Source: Candidatus Nomurabacteria bacterium (GTDB lineage Bacteria; Patescibacteriota; Minisyncoccia; Phycocordibacterales; SBAW01). From it: a stretch of DNA of 64,000 nucleotides. The translations under genes and the position numbers were made by a program. The notes beneath the pieces were generated by a model. The model saw only the letters and a program-made list of their open reading frames with translations, did not search any database and had not been told where the DNA came from. The stretch spans positions 92,994-156,993 of the forward strand of contig CALQYT010000001.1 in assembly GCA_943348815.1 (NCBI GenBank). The letters run 5' to 3'. This document shows, one piece after another, positions 37,729 through 47,015 of the stretch (position 1 is its first letter; each line of letters opens with the position of its first letter).

Positions 37729-38835
37729 TTGTTTATCGATTTAATTTATATGAAAAAAATATTACTTGGTCTCGGTGTATTGGTCGTGCTTGGTGTGGGG
37801 GTCGTGATAGTTGGTCATCCATCTGCGCAAAAAGGATCGGTTTCTCTGGGTGTTATCGCCGGAGTAACGGGTGATTACGCCGCTGCCGGGGAAGGGTATG
37901 TTAAAGGATTTGAGTTGGCGCGCGAAGAGTGGAATAAATCGCATGCGTTGCAATTTGAAGCGGTGTTTGAGGATGATGGCTTTAATGCGCAAAAGGGTGT
38001 TGCTGCTTACAACAAAATAAAATCCGTTGATAAGCCGGACGCGTATGCAATTGTTTCTTCGTTTACGATCGACGCAATTGCGGACAACTTACACCAAGAA
38101 GGTTTGCCAGTGGCGCTTGGGTTTGAACAGGGTGTGGCGGCGACTGACGACAATATCTTTCAGGTATTCCCGGCAGCGCGGCCTATTATGGAAGGCTTGG
38201 GTAAGCAAGAAAAAAGCGATGGGTATAAAAAGCCCTTGGTGTTATTTAGTAACAATAGCCCGGTATACCAAAACTTTGTGGCAGGTTTTGTCGACGGGTA
38301 CGGCGAGGATGTTGTTAAAGAAGTTATAAGTGGTACCGATGGTAATACTATCCGTGCGGCGGCAACTCGTGCGCTCGCCGACAGGCCAGACTCGATTAAC
38401 TTCTTTATGGATCCGCCGGCCGGTGCACTGTTAGCTAAAGAAATACTTTTGCAGTCAAAAGGTAACCATCCGCCGTTCGTGTTCGATCAGAGCATACAGT
38501 CAGGCAAGCCGGATTATGAAAAGGTGTTTGGTAAAGGTTTGGCAGCGCTCGATGAGTCTATGGTTGTGCTCTCTAGAAATGATCTGACCCAAGACTTCAA
38601 AACTCTCTACAAAAATAAATACCAGAGTGAGCCGCCATTTGGTGCTGATATTGGGTACAACTCATTTGAGTTGTTGGCCTCGACCTATGCAAGTTCGCCA
38701 CAGACGTGGATCAAAAATATGAAACAAGCGGACTTTGTGGGTGCCGATGGAAAGGTATTATTTAACCAAGTTGGCTTACGGGTGCCCAATCTCGCGTTCG
38801 GCACGCTTAAAAACGGGGAAGTGGTGCTGCCGTAA
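37729..38835 (+). CDS. divergent LivK-type substrate-binding protein, TM-anchored
   Basis: TM helix, VSLGVIAGVTGDYAAAGEGY. Preceded by an about 300-nt structured leader. Confidence 0.7.
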   Translation: MFIDLIYMKKILLGLGVLVVLGVGVVIVGHPSAQKGSVSLGVIAGVTGDYAAAGEGYVKGFELAREEWNKSHALQFEAVFEDDGFNAQKGVAAYNKIKSVDKPDAYAIVSSFTIDAIADNLHQEGLPVALGFEQGVAATDDNIFQVFPAARPIMEGLGKQEKSDGYKKPLVLFSNNSPVYQNFVAGFVDGYGEDVVKEVISGTDGNTIRAAATRALADRPDSINFFMDPPAGALLAKEILLQSKGNHPPFVFDQSIQSGKPDYEKVFGKGLAALDESMVVLSRNDLTQDFKTLYKNKYQSEPPFGADIGYNSFELLASTYASSPQTWIKNMKQADFVGADGKVLFNQVGLRVPNLAFGTLKNGEVVLP

Positions 38836-39942
38836 TTAGTGATTGAGATAGTACTGGAGCGCGTTGCGCTCTTGGTTGCCCTCGCCTGCGTTAAAGACCG
38901 CTGCTTTGGCAGAAAGATCGCCAGCAAGGATTGCCGCTATGCCGCCCATGCCCCCCGCGGCAAGACTCGCGTTGATGTGTGTAATGGTGACTGCGCGCAG
39001 GTCGCGCTCGGAGGTTACGGTGCCCACCGTTGCCGTGGCGATTATGCCCGCAAGTGTGCCGTCGCTGAGGTGTACGGCCGCACCACCTGAGGAGCCGGCT
39101 TGCGACACGACCGTGCCGCCGATTGAAAAAAGGTCTAGACGATTGGCGCTATCGAACGAAAAGAATTGTGTTACGTACGCGACGGCCGAACTCTGGTACA
39201 AACTTTTTTCTATCAACTCGCCTGAAAGAAAACCTGCAGGGTAAGAGGCCAACAGCATCGATTCGCCGATCTTAACCGGGGTTGTATCGATGGTGAGCGC
39301 AGGGAAACTTGTAGGCAGAACACCTGCCGGGTCGGTCGTGGAGTTGATGAGGAGGAGCGAGTAGTCGTTTTCGCCGGTGCCCGTTGCTTGCTGCGCGATA
39401 ATTTCTTGCGCGTTAGCGTTGATCCAACTGGGTGGCAAGTACAGCAGGGTTGCGCGGTAGAGTCGTGCGGCGGGCGAGCCGACGCGGATCGTGCAATCGA
39501 CATTGTTGGCGGTTGGGTAATCGCGCAGCAAAAAATATTGCCCGATGTGTGCGTTGGTGAGTATGACGCCGCGGCTGTCGATGACGACACCACTCCCGGA
39601 GATGGAGCCCACGCCACCGCCTTGTGAAATGCAAAGAATATTAACCAGTGCTGCACGTGTCTCTTCGTTGACTTGCTCCTCCGACGCCTTGGTCGGAGCC
39701 CCGACCTCGTCCGACGAGCGTCGGGGTTGAGAAATGTTGGTGGATACAGAGATTGTGCCAGACTTTTGCCCCGCCCCCTGTGACTTCGCTACAGTGCTCA
39801 TTGCGATTACAGTAGTAGTTGCTTGTTGGGTGGGAGATGACGTTACTGCAACATGCGGTCCACCCAAAAAAGTAGAAATTACAACACCAAGCGCGATGAA
39901 AGCCCCGATTATTTTTTGGAGTAGCGTGGCGAGTAATTCCAT
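38836..39942 (-). CDS. membrane-anchored trypsin-like (S1 family) serine protease
   Basis: N-terminal TM helix; ILTNAHI (His), AGSSGGAAV (Ser) active-site-like motifs. Confidence 0.6.
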   Translation of the reverse strand: MELLATLLQKIIGAFIALGVVISTFLGGPHVAVTSSPTQQATTTVIAMSTVAKSQGAGQKSGTISVSTNISQPRRSSDEVGAPTKASEEQVNEETRAALVNILCISQGGGVGSISGSGVVIDSRGVILTNAHIGQYFLLRDYPTANNVDCTIRVGSPAARLYRATLLYLPPSWINANAQEIIAQQATGTGENDYSLLLINSTTDPAGVLPTSFPALTIDTTPVKIGESMLLASYPAGFLSGELIEKSLYQSSAVAYVTQFFSFDSANRLDLFSIGGTVVSQAGSSGGAAVHLSDGTLAGIIATATVGTVTSERDLRAVTITHINASLAAGGMGGIAAILAGDLSAKAAVFNAGEGNQERNALQYYLNH

Positions 39943-39958
39943 ATATACTGCAGTATAA

Positions 39959-40029
39959 GCGGGATTAGTTTAATGGTAGAACATCAGTTTTCCAAACTGA
40001 TGGCGGGAGTTCGATTCTCCCATCCCGCA
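39959..40029 (+). tRNA. tRNA-Gly (anticodon TCC), no encoded CCA
   Basis: GCGGGAT-TA-GTTTAATGGTAGAAC-A-TCAGT-TTTCCAA-ACTGA-TGGC-GGGAG-TTCGATT-CTCCC-ATCCCGC-A. Confidence 0.75.
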
Positions 40030-40045
40030 CTGGTATAGTAAGGGT

Positions 40046-40780
40046 ATGAATTTCACCAAAACTTTGGTCACCTTGGTCGTCCTTAGTATCCTCGCGGTCG
40101 GGTTTGGGTATTGGGCTTCTAAAACTAAGCCAGCCGCTACAGTACCCATGCAACAAACGCACGTACTTGCGGGCGAGCAGGTAGGCGAGGGCGATCTCTA
40201 TCGATATGCGGAGAGCGGACAGTACTATACCGTTGAGGCGAACTACCCCGGCAGCCGGCCAATTATTGAGGCAGCACTCAAAACAGACATAGATCAATTT
40301 AAACAAAATATTGAAGGGCTCGATGCCACGGTAATGCCGAGCCTGGCGGATGGCAACAAACTTGCCTTTAACGCGGAGTTTAAAACCTACACTTCTGGTC
40401 AACTGCACACGACTTCGTACGCCTACACTATTTATGAGAACACCGGTGGTGCACACCCCAACACCTACTTTAAAACGTTTACCTTCGACCAAAATGGTAA
40501 AGAGGTGGGTATTAAGGAGGTGATCGCCTCGAACCCAAATGGGTTAGAAGAGTTGTCGTTGTTGGTGTCTAACGAAGTAACGGCGCAGATGAAGCAGCGT
40601 TTGAGTCAAGATGACGTGACGGGTGCGATCTTTGCCGAAGGTCTTGCAGCCAAAGAAGAAAACTTTAGCAACTTCGTGGTCGATGGCGACACGCTCGTGA
40701 TCCTCATCCCGCCGTACCAAGTCGCCGCCTATGTGATGGGGAGTTTTGAGGTGCGGATCAAACTGAAAGACATTCAGTAA
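40046..40780 (+). CDS. secreted DUF4163/DUF3298-domain protein (RsiV/PdaC C-terminal-like)
   Basis: N-terminal TM/signal; YENTGGAHPNTY...ILIPPYQVAAYVMG characteristic of DUF3298. Confidence 0.6.
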   Translation: MNFTKTLVTLVVLSILAVGFGYWASKTKPAATVPMQQTHVLAGEQVGEGDLYRYAESGQYYTVEANYPGSRPIIEAALKTDIDQFKQNIEGLDATVMPSLADGNKLAFNAEFKTYTSGQLHTTSYAYTIYENTGGAHPNTYFKTFTFDQNGKEVGIKEVIASNPNGLEELSLLVSNEVTAQMKQRLSQDDVTGAIFAEGLAAKEENFSNFVVDGDTLVILIPPYQVAAYVMGSFEVRIKLKDIQ

Positions 40781-41467
40781 TTATTTTGTTTCGCTCAGGT
40801 GGAAGGGGTTGTAGCTGATGCCACGATCGTAGGTGTCGATACCTTCGGCGCGTTTGAGCCAGGCAACTACGGCGTAGGTAACCGGGGTGAGCACAACCTC
40901 GACTGCAACTTTGAGAATGTAGCCCGACCAAATTACTGAGACGATTGCATCGGGAGGGAAGATGCCCCAGAAGGCGATCATGACAAAGATTACTGAGTCG
41001 ATGGCTTCGCCCACGATGGTCGAGCCAATAGTGCGTATCCACAAATGGCGGCCCTGCGACCACACTTTCATTTTAGAGAGCACGTACGAGTTGCAAAACT
41101 CGCCGGCAAAATAGCCGAGCATCGAGCCGAGCACAATGCGTGGGACGAGCCCCAAGATTGAGTCATAGGCCGCCTGACCTTGCCAGAACGGGGCCGAAGG
41201 CAGTTGGCCTACGAGCCAGTAGCACAGCGACATAAACACGAGCGCGCCAAATCCACACCAAATGATTTTGCGCGAAGCACGGTAGCCATACACCTCGGTC
41301 AAGATATCACCGAAGATATAACTAATAGGGAAGATAAAGATTGCCCCTGCTACGGTAAAGTCACCGAGCGACACAATCTTGACTGCGACTGTATTTGAAA
41401 CCATGAGCACTGCAACGAACGCGACTGCTACGTATAAAAAGTATTTATAATTCTTTTCGTTTTCCAT
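40781..41467 (-). CDS. yhhQ: queuosine-precursor transporter YhhQ (VUT/DUF165 family)
   Basis: FPISYIFGDILTEVYGYRASRKIIW and the multi-TM profile match the YhhQ family. Confidence 0.7.
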   Translation of the reverse strand: MENEKNYKYFLYVAVAFVAVLMVSNTVAVKIVSLGDFTVAGAIFIFPISYIFGDILTEVYGYRASRKIIWCGFGALVFMSLCYWLVGQLPSAPFWQGQAAYDSILGLVPRIVLGSMLGYFAGEFCNSYVLSKMKVWSQGRHLWIRTIGSTIVGEAIDSVIFVMIAFWGIFPPDAIVSVIWSGYILKVAVEVVLTPVTYAVVAWLKRAEGIDTYDRGISYNPFHLSETK

Positions 41468-41506
41468 GCGGAGAGGATATCACACAAAAATCTGGTAAGT
41501 GTCAAT

Positions 41507-42262
41507 TTGTCCGTTTTTCGGTTATTTGCTATCGTAAAGGAGATGAAAATCCCGGTAGCTCTGGCCCGACTGCTTGCGCTCTCGGCCCATGAAGAGCGGC
41601 TCTTAGGTGCGGCTTCGGCGACACCGCAAAGTACGAGTACGCTTGCCCGCAAGGCACGCGTGCCGCGCACTTCTGCATTGCGCACACTCGAGGGATTGCA
41701 AGAACGCGGTTTGTTGCGGCAAGAAAAACTGAGCAAGCGGCGCTCGGGTTGGGTTGAAGGAGATCTTTCATTGCTCGCTAATAAGAATCAAAAAGAAAAA
41801 GATCACGAAGTGATGGTCTATCGCGGCCGCAAAGAGTTGATGGAACTTGCACGCATGGCCGACACCTTTGAGGGCGAGCGTATTGTGTGGTTACGCGGCA
41901 GCCGCGTTTGGGAAGGGTATAACAAACAAGATTTGCGTGGACGATTTGTATTCTTGTTGCGGCTTTTTGCCAAGAAGGGTGTCGTAGTTGAGGAGATAGC
42001 GAGCGACCGCGCACCGGGGCTCGATATTAAACACGGCGGGCGCGAGGTGAGCGCCGCGCACGAAAAGCTTTTGCGGATACTCACGGTGGTACCCGACCGC
42101 TACCTCAGCAACTCCTACTCAGACATGATGCTCTTTCGCGACTCGGTGTCGTTTATGAATTGGTACGACGAGACGGCAGTACTGGTGCGCAACCCCGACC
42201 TGGTGCGACTCTTTAAACAATTGCTCGAATATATGGGCGACACCGGTAAGCGGTTGCACTAA
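41507..42262 (+). CDS. distant TrmB-like wHTH regulator (true start possibly MKIPVAL near 41543)
   Basis: HTH-like segment STLARKARVPRTSALRTLEGLQERGLL; tail LFKQLLEYMG resembles the paralog tails. Confidence 0.5.
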   Translation: MSVFRLFAIVKEMKIPVALARLLALSAHEERLLGAASATPQSTSTLARKARVPRTSALRTLEGLQERGLLRQEKLSKRRSGWVEGDLSLLANKNQKEKDHEVMVYRGRKELMELARMADTFEGERIVWLRGSRVWEGYNKQDLRGRFVFLLRLFAKKGVVVEEIASDRAPGLDIKHGGREVSAAHEKLLRILTVVPDRYLSNSYSDMMLFRDSVSFMNWYDETAVLVRNPDLVRLFKQLLEYMGDTGKRLH

Positions 42263-42267
42263 CGAAA

Positions 42268-42292
42268 AAATCCCCCGGAGGGGATTGTTTCG
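42268..42292 (+). terminator. hairpin terminator after 41507..42262
   Basis: ATCCCC-CGGA-GGGGAT followed by TGTTTCGT; then the GC palindrome CTGCCCGCCGGCAGGCGGG. Confidence 0.5.
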
Positions 42293-42330
42293 TCTCGACC
42301 TGCCCGCCGGCAGGCGGGGAAGTATCAAAA

Positions 42331-42603
42331 TTACCTAACCGCTTCTTTGAGCGCTTTGGCCGGTTGGAACTTCGGCACGCGCATCGAGGGAACCTGTACG
42401 GTCTCGCCCGTGCGTGGGTTGCGTGCGGTGCGGGCAGCGCGCATCTTGGTCTTAAAGATCCCAAGACCTGCTACTGACACCTCGCCGCCCTTTTTGAGCT
42501 CACCGACGATGCAGTCGATCATCGCCTCGACGGCGCGCTCGGCATCTGCCTTAGTGGTGCCCAAAACGCTGTGCACTTTTTCGGCTATATCCTGCTTATT
42601 CAT
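42331..42603 (-). CDS. hup: DNA-binding protein HU
   Basis: 90 aa; GLGIFKTKMRAARTARNPRTGETVQVP arm motif. Confidence 0.85.
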   Translation of the reverse strand: MNKQDIAEKVHSVLGTTKADAERAVEAMIDCIVGELKKGGEVSVAGLGIFKTKMRAARTARNPRTGETVQVPSMRVPKFQPAKALKEAVR

Positions 42604-42726
42604 ACGGGTACGTATTAATTGCTAAGCTAAAACCCTGTGCCGCGTAGTATACCTGTAGCAAAAAACCGCGCAATGGTAGGGTTATTTGACACGAGGCCGC
42701 GATTTTGTGTTATTCTGGGCCACACC

Positions 42727-43347
42727 ATGACAGCCACACACAAAAAGGCATCAGCCAAAGGCCTCAAATACTCAAAAAACGTTGAAATCATTGGGGTTTC
42801 TGGCGTGGCCGGCAGCTTTTCTGAGGAGGCCGCCCGCACCTACGCGCACGAGGCGGGCCTTAAATCCTACAAAATCAAGTACTTAGTAACTGTGGAAAAT
42901 GTACTTGCGGGGCTAGAGGCAGGGGAGATTACGCTTGGGATCTTCCCAGTAGAAAATTCCAACGGTGGGATCGTAATTGAGGCGGTCCATGCTATGGCGC
43001 GTCACCGATTCCACATCAAAAAACTGTTCGAAATCGAGGTGCGGATGAACTTGTTGGTCAAAAAGGGCACCACGGCCGACAAAATAAAGAAGATCACCTC
43101 GCACGACCAGGCGCTTAAGCAGTGTCGGATGTACCTCAAGCGTCGCTGGCCGAAAATAAAAGTAGTTGAGTACCCCGACACCGCCAAAGCGGCCGAAGAT
43201 TTGGCTAAAGGCGTGCTGCCGCCATCAACTGCGGCGATAGCCTCGCGCGCGGCAGCCAAACTCTACAAGTTGGATATTTTAGAAGACTCCATTCAGGATT
43301 TGAAATTTAATTACACTTCGTTCATTGCCGCTGTGGCGTTGAAATAA
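42727..43347 (+). CDS. pheA: prephenate dehydratase catalytic domain, no ACT domain (start at the internal Met)
   Basis: GVSGVAGSFSEEAA, GIFPVENSNGGIV, NYTSFIA (ESRP/NxTRF-like) blocks. Confidence 0.6.
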   Translation: MTATHKKASAKGLKYSKNVEIIGVSGVAGSFSEEAARTYAHEAGLKSYKIKYLVTVENVLAGLEAGEITLGIFPVENSNGGIVIEAVHAMARHRFHIKKLFEIEVRMNLLVKKGTTADKIKKITSHDQALKQCRMYLKRRWPKIKVVEYPDTAKAAEDLAKGVLPPSTAAIASRAAAKLYKLDILEDSIQDLKFNYTSFIAAVALK

Positions 43348-43367
43348 AAAGAACCCCCGAAGGAGTT

Positions 43368-43898
43368 CTAGGACCCAAGAATCATCCGCTTGGTAGCCTC
43401 TGCAGACAGCAACTCGATGAGTTGATGGGTGATGAAGGAACCATCCACTTGCGGCTGTTTGCTAGGGTCAGTAGGAAATTTCGCTGTGATCTGTGCAAAG
43501 TCCTGGGTGTTGTTGAACAATCCAGGATCGATGCTAGCAGCAAATAATCCCACTGGCCCGCCTGGGTATGCTCCGGTGACGGCAATGATAGGCGTACGTC
43601 CCCAGATCGATCTCGTATAGCCCATGCATGTGTAGAAGCACATGTGACAATTTGTATCATGGCCCACCCGACTTGTGGCCTTTTGCAGGAGGCTTTCGAT
43701 GTAGCTTAGTACCTTTCTGCGTTTGGGTGGTTGAGCGTCGGCACGTTCGAAGTTGAAAGTAACAAAAGGCCGAGATCTGGTATAGCGGGCTAGTAGCTCG
43801 CGCTGGATCATTGCGAGCCCCTCATCGGTGGTGGAAGTCACACTCTTGCTCGCTACTTCCATAACTACCACTACCGTGGGAAGGATAGAGTCGAGCAT
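43368..43898 (-). CDS. hypothetical protein (176 aa)
   Basis: ORF with coding-like composition; HDTNCHMCFYTCMGY Cys/His cluster; no family assignment. Confidence 0.4.
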   Translation of the reverse strand: MLDSILPTVVVVMEVASKSVTSTTDEGLAMIQRELLARYTRSRPFVTFNFERADAQPPKRRKVLSYIESLLQKATSRVGHDTNCHMCFYTCMGYTRSIWGRTPIIAVTGAYPGGPVGLFAASIDPGLFNNTQDFAQITAKFPTDPSKQPQVDGSFITHQLIELLSAEATKRMILGS

Positions 43899-43949
43899 TG
43901 CACGTTCTCCTCAATGTTCTACTCACCGCGCACAATATACTTTTTCTAT

Positions 43950-45479
43950 TTATCGTGCAAACTCGATAGCCCTGGTTTCGCGGATTACAATCACCTTAAT
44001 TTCGCCGGGATATTTGAGTTCGTTCTCGATGCGGAGTGCGACTTGGCGGGCAAGTTCGCGCGCCTGGAAGTCGTTCATCGTGTCGGGCTTTACAAACACG
44101 CGGACCTCGCGACCGGCGGAGATGGCATACGATTTTTCAACACCCTCAAACGAATTAGCGATGCCTTCGATGTCGGCAAGACGTTTGATGTATTGCTCGA
44201 CCGAGTCGCGGCGCGCACCGGGGCGACCACCCGAGATAGCGTCGGCCACCTGCACGATGTACGACTCGAGTGTTTCGTACGGATATTCCTCGTGGTGGGC
44301 CTGCATCGCTTTGATAACCTCTTCTTGCACGCCAAATTTCTGCAAGATACGGCGGCCAATCTCGACGTGCGTACCCTGCACCTCGTGGTCGAGGGCTTTG
44401 CCGATGTCGTGGAGGAGTGCGCCGGCCCGAGCGATCTGCGGATTGGCACCCAACTCCTCGGCTATCATGCCGGCGATGTGGGCCATTTCAACACTGTGTT
44501 GCAACACCGATTGACCATAGGAGGTGCGGAAGTGCAGGCGCCCAAGGATCATCAGGAGGCGCGGGTCGAGATTGAGCACGCCGGTCTCAAAGGCGGCTGC
44601 CTCGGCCTTTTCTTTAATTATTTTGTTGACTTCACCCTTGGCCTTTTCGACGATCTCCTCAATTTTGGCAGGTTGGATGCGACCGTCGATAATTAAATTT
44701 TCGAGCGCGACGCGCGCAACCGCGCGGCGCAGCGGATCGTAACTTGAAAGTACGATCGAGCCCGGCGTATCGTCGATAATTACTTCGACGCCCGTTGCGC
44801 GCTCAAAGGCCTTAATATTGCGACCTTCTTTGCCGATGATTTTGCCCTTGATGTCGTCGTTGGGGATGGTGATAGCCGTGGCCATCGTATCGCTGGCAAC
44901 CGAGTTGCCCAACCGGTGGATTGCGGTCGTCAAAATTTCGCGGGCGCGGCGCTCGAGGCGCTCCATGCCGTCGCGCTCAAGCTTGGCGGTGCGCATCATC
45001 AAGTCTTCGCCGTTCTCGCGCTCAAGCTCTTGGTAGAGCTGCGTAAGCGCGGCGTCTTTAGAGAGCCCGGCCACTTTGGCAAGCTCGCCGGCGCGCTCTT
45101 GCACCAGCGCTTCGGCGCGTTCTTTGATCGCTCTGACCTCTTCGATTTTTTGCTTAGCGGTTGTTATCTCAACCTCAAGCTCGCCTTGTTTTTTATCCAA
45201 AGCTTCCTCACGTTTAAAAACGCGCTCTTCTTGTTTGCTGAGCTTCTCTTCTTTCTCGGAATGGGCACGCTCAATTTCGGCCGTCAGCTCTTTGGCCTTT
45301 TCTTGCGCTTCCCCCGTTATTTTTTTTGCATCCTCGCGAGCGTCGAGGAGTATCTGTTTGACCTCTACTTCGATCGAACCCTTACGCGCAAGAACCAGCA
45401 GCCACCGAAAGACAAAGCCGATTACCGCACCCCCCGCGGCTGCAAGCGCGATGAGCAGGAACACTAGTTTTAATGACAT
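43950..45479 (-). CDS. rny: ribonuclease Y
   Basis: N-terminal TM, coiled coil, KH (IIGKEGRNIK), HD domain (LHDIGKA...H). Confidence 0.85.
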   Translation of the reverse strand: MSLKLVFLLIALAAAGGAVIGFVFRWLLVLARKGSIEVEVKQILLDAREDAKKITGEAQEKAKELTAEIERAHSEKEEKLSKQEERVFKREEALDKKQGELEVEITTAKQKIEEVRAIKERAEALVQERAGELAKVAGLSKDAALTQLYQELERENGEDLMMRTAKLERDGMERLERRAREILTTAIHRLGNSVASDTMATAITIPNDDIKGKIIGKEGRNIKAFERATGVEVIIDDTPGSIVLSSYDPLRRAVARVALENLIIDGRIQPAKIEEIVEKAKGEVNKIIKEKAEAAAFETGVLNLDPRLLMILGRLHFRTSYGQSVLQHSVEMAHIAGMIAEELGANPQIARAGALLHDIGKALDHEVQGTHVEIGRRILQKFGVQEEVIKAMQAHHEEYPYETLESYIVQVADAISGGRPGARRDSVEQYIKRLADIEGIANSFEGVEKSYAISAGREVRVFVKPDTMNDFQARELARQVALRIENELKYPGEIKVIVIRETRAIEFAR

Positions 45480-45560
45480 ATGAGGAAATCATATAAGTTT
45501 TGATATGAGAAACGAACAACCCAACAATACCATACGGCTTTGGGGAAGCAAGGTTTGCCC

Positions 45561-46181
45561 TTATTTTGCCTTAGGGGAGGGCTGCTCGGTCAAAACGTCA
45601 TCGATAATGCCGTATTTCTTGGCATCGTCCGCCATCATAAAGTAGTCGCGGTCGACGTCTTTTTCGATCTTGTCGAGCGGTTGGCCGGTGGCCTTGGCAA
45701 GGATCTTGTTGAGGCGCTCACGGGTGGCAATAATGTGCTTGGCCGTAATCTCGATGTCGGTGGCCTGACCCTGCGCGCCGCCCCACGGTTGGTGGATCAT
45801 CACCTCGGCATTCGGGAGTGCAAAACGTTTGCCCTTTTTGCCCGCGCCCAAAATAACGGCGGCTGCCGATGCGGCGATACCAATGCATACCGTTGCAACA
45901 TCGGGTTTAACAAAGTTCATCGTGTCGAGTATTGCCAAACCGGCCGTGACCGAACCGCCGGGGGAGTTGATGTAGAGCTGGATATCTTTTTTAGGGTCTT
46001 CGGACGCGAGGAAAAGGATTTGGGCAATCACCAAGTTGGCGGTGTGGTCCTCGATAGGCCCGGCCAAAAACACGATGCGCTCCTTGAGCAGACGCGAGTA
46101 AATGTCGAACGCGCGCTCACCGTAAGGCGACTTTTCGACGACCATCGGCACGAGTTGGCTGTATTCAGGTTTGTGTGACAT
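45561..46181 (-). CDS. clpP: ATP-dependent Clp protease proteolytic subunit
   Basis: [22 protein letters not shown] (Ser), MIHQP (His) motifs. Confidence 0.85.
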   Translation of the reverse strand: MSHKPEYSQLVPMVVEKSPYGERAFDIYSRLLKERIVFLAGPIEDHTANLVIAQILFLASEDPKKDIQLYINSPGGSVTAGLAILDTMNFVKPDVATVCIGIAASAAAVILGAGKKGKRFALPNAEVMIHQPWGGAQGQATDIEITAKHIIATRERLNKILAKATGQPLDKIEKDVDRDYFMMADDAKKYGIIDDVLTEQPSPKAK

Positions 46182-46190
46182 GCGTGTACT

Positions 46191-46577
46191 TTATGCTTTT
46201 TGCGAGTTCTTTTCAAGCCACGCGGCGATTTCTGTAAGACTCTTTTGTTTTTGAGCCACTGCAATAATAAGTTGTTCCGCGTCGACAATTTCAAATGTCG
46301 GTATATCAAAACCGTTTGCTCTGAGAAACACCTCTGCAACCATGGCCGAAGTTCGCTTATTGCCGTCTACAAATACGTGATAGGTCGCGATTGCCTCGAG
46401 ATACGCAGCTGCTTTAAGAAAGAGAGTAGGGAACTGAGCTTGTCCGCCAAAGGATGTTTTGGGCCGCTCTGCGATAGAACGAAGCAATCCTTCCTCGCGT
46501 AAGCCCAACGAACCTCCTATTTGTTCGATAAGGAGGTCATGGAGGGCTAGTATTTCTTCGGCGGACAAATATCGCAT
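46191..46577 (-). CDS. doc: Doc (death-on-curing) toxin, Fic family
   Basis: HVFVDGNKRTS matches the Doc/Fic motif H.F.(D/N)GNKR. Confidence 0.7.
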   Translation of the reverse strand: MRYLSAEEILALHDLLIEQIGGSLGLREEGLLRSIAERPKTSFGGQAQFPTLFLKAAAYLEAIATYHVFVDGNKRTSAMVAEVFLRANGFDIPTFEIVDAEQLIIAVAQKQKSLTEIAAWLEKNSQKA

Positions 46578-46814
46578 CTACTTGTCTTTGAGACGTTTAA
46601 GAAGTTCGCGATTTTTTGCAATGAACTCGCTGCCCCACTGTAAGATCTGAGGATCTACGTTTCCGGTATCTTTTTGCTCTGGTTTGACCGTAAAAGTCCG
46701 ATTGGAGGAGCTTGTCTCCACAAAGTCGCCGACAGCAACCCCTAATTCCTCAAGAGTTTCTTTAGACATGGTGACACCCACCGAACTCCCTATTTTAATA
46801 ACTTTTTGCTTCAT
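46578..46814 (-). CDS. AbrB/MazE (SpoVT-AbrB) fold antitoxin, cognate to Doc
   Basis: IKIGSSVGVTMSKETLEELGVAVGDFV swapped-hairpin motif; immediately upstream of doc with no spacer. Confidence 0.6.
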   Translation of the reverse strand: MKQKVIKIGSSVGVTMSKETLEELGVAVGDFVETSSSNRTFTVKPEQKDTGNVDPQILQWGSEFIAKNRELLKRLKDK

Positions 46815-46886
46815 GGCTCTAGTATATTATAATGTAATTATAATGCAAGACTTGACAAGTAATCTATAAGATGCTACGATCTCCGG

Positions 46887-47015
46887 TGGGAGCTGTGCGA
46901 AGATGCGGCGCGGATGCAGCGCAATCGTTAGCCGAAAGGCACGAGAGGTGCAGGTTTCAACCCTGTCGCTTTGTGCGGTTCCCACCCCAGACTTGCTGTC
47001 TGGGGTTACTGCTTT
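46887..47015 (+). ncRNA. candidate small RNA, antisense to the 3' end of tig
   Basis: Sigma70-like TTGACA (46852..46857)-17-TACGAT (46875..46880). Closing stem GGTGGGAGC/GTTCCCACC. Terminator CCCCAGAC-TTGCTG-GTCTGGGG plus a T-rich tail (46985..47021). Confidence 0.35.

Noticed and set aside
39965-40492. 175-aa minus-strand ORF overlapping tRNA-Gly(TCC) and the DUF3298 gene
   Set aside because: It overlaps a well-folded tRNA and a plus-strand gene with a signal peptide and domain motifs.
42637-42726. Longer N-terminus for prephenate dehydratase (ORF-track start at 42637)
   Set aside because: The upstream 30 residues are not PDT-like and overlap the HU promoter region. The internal Met at 42727 begins the conserved domain.
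43828-44696. 228- and 260-aa plus-strand ORFs antisense to rny
   Set aside because: RNase Y on the minus strand is unambiguous (KH and HD domains). The antisense frames show no domain signal.
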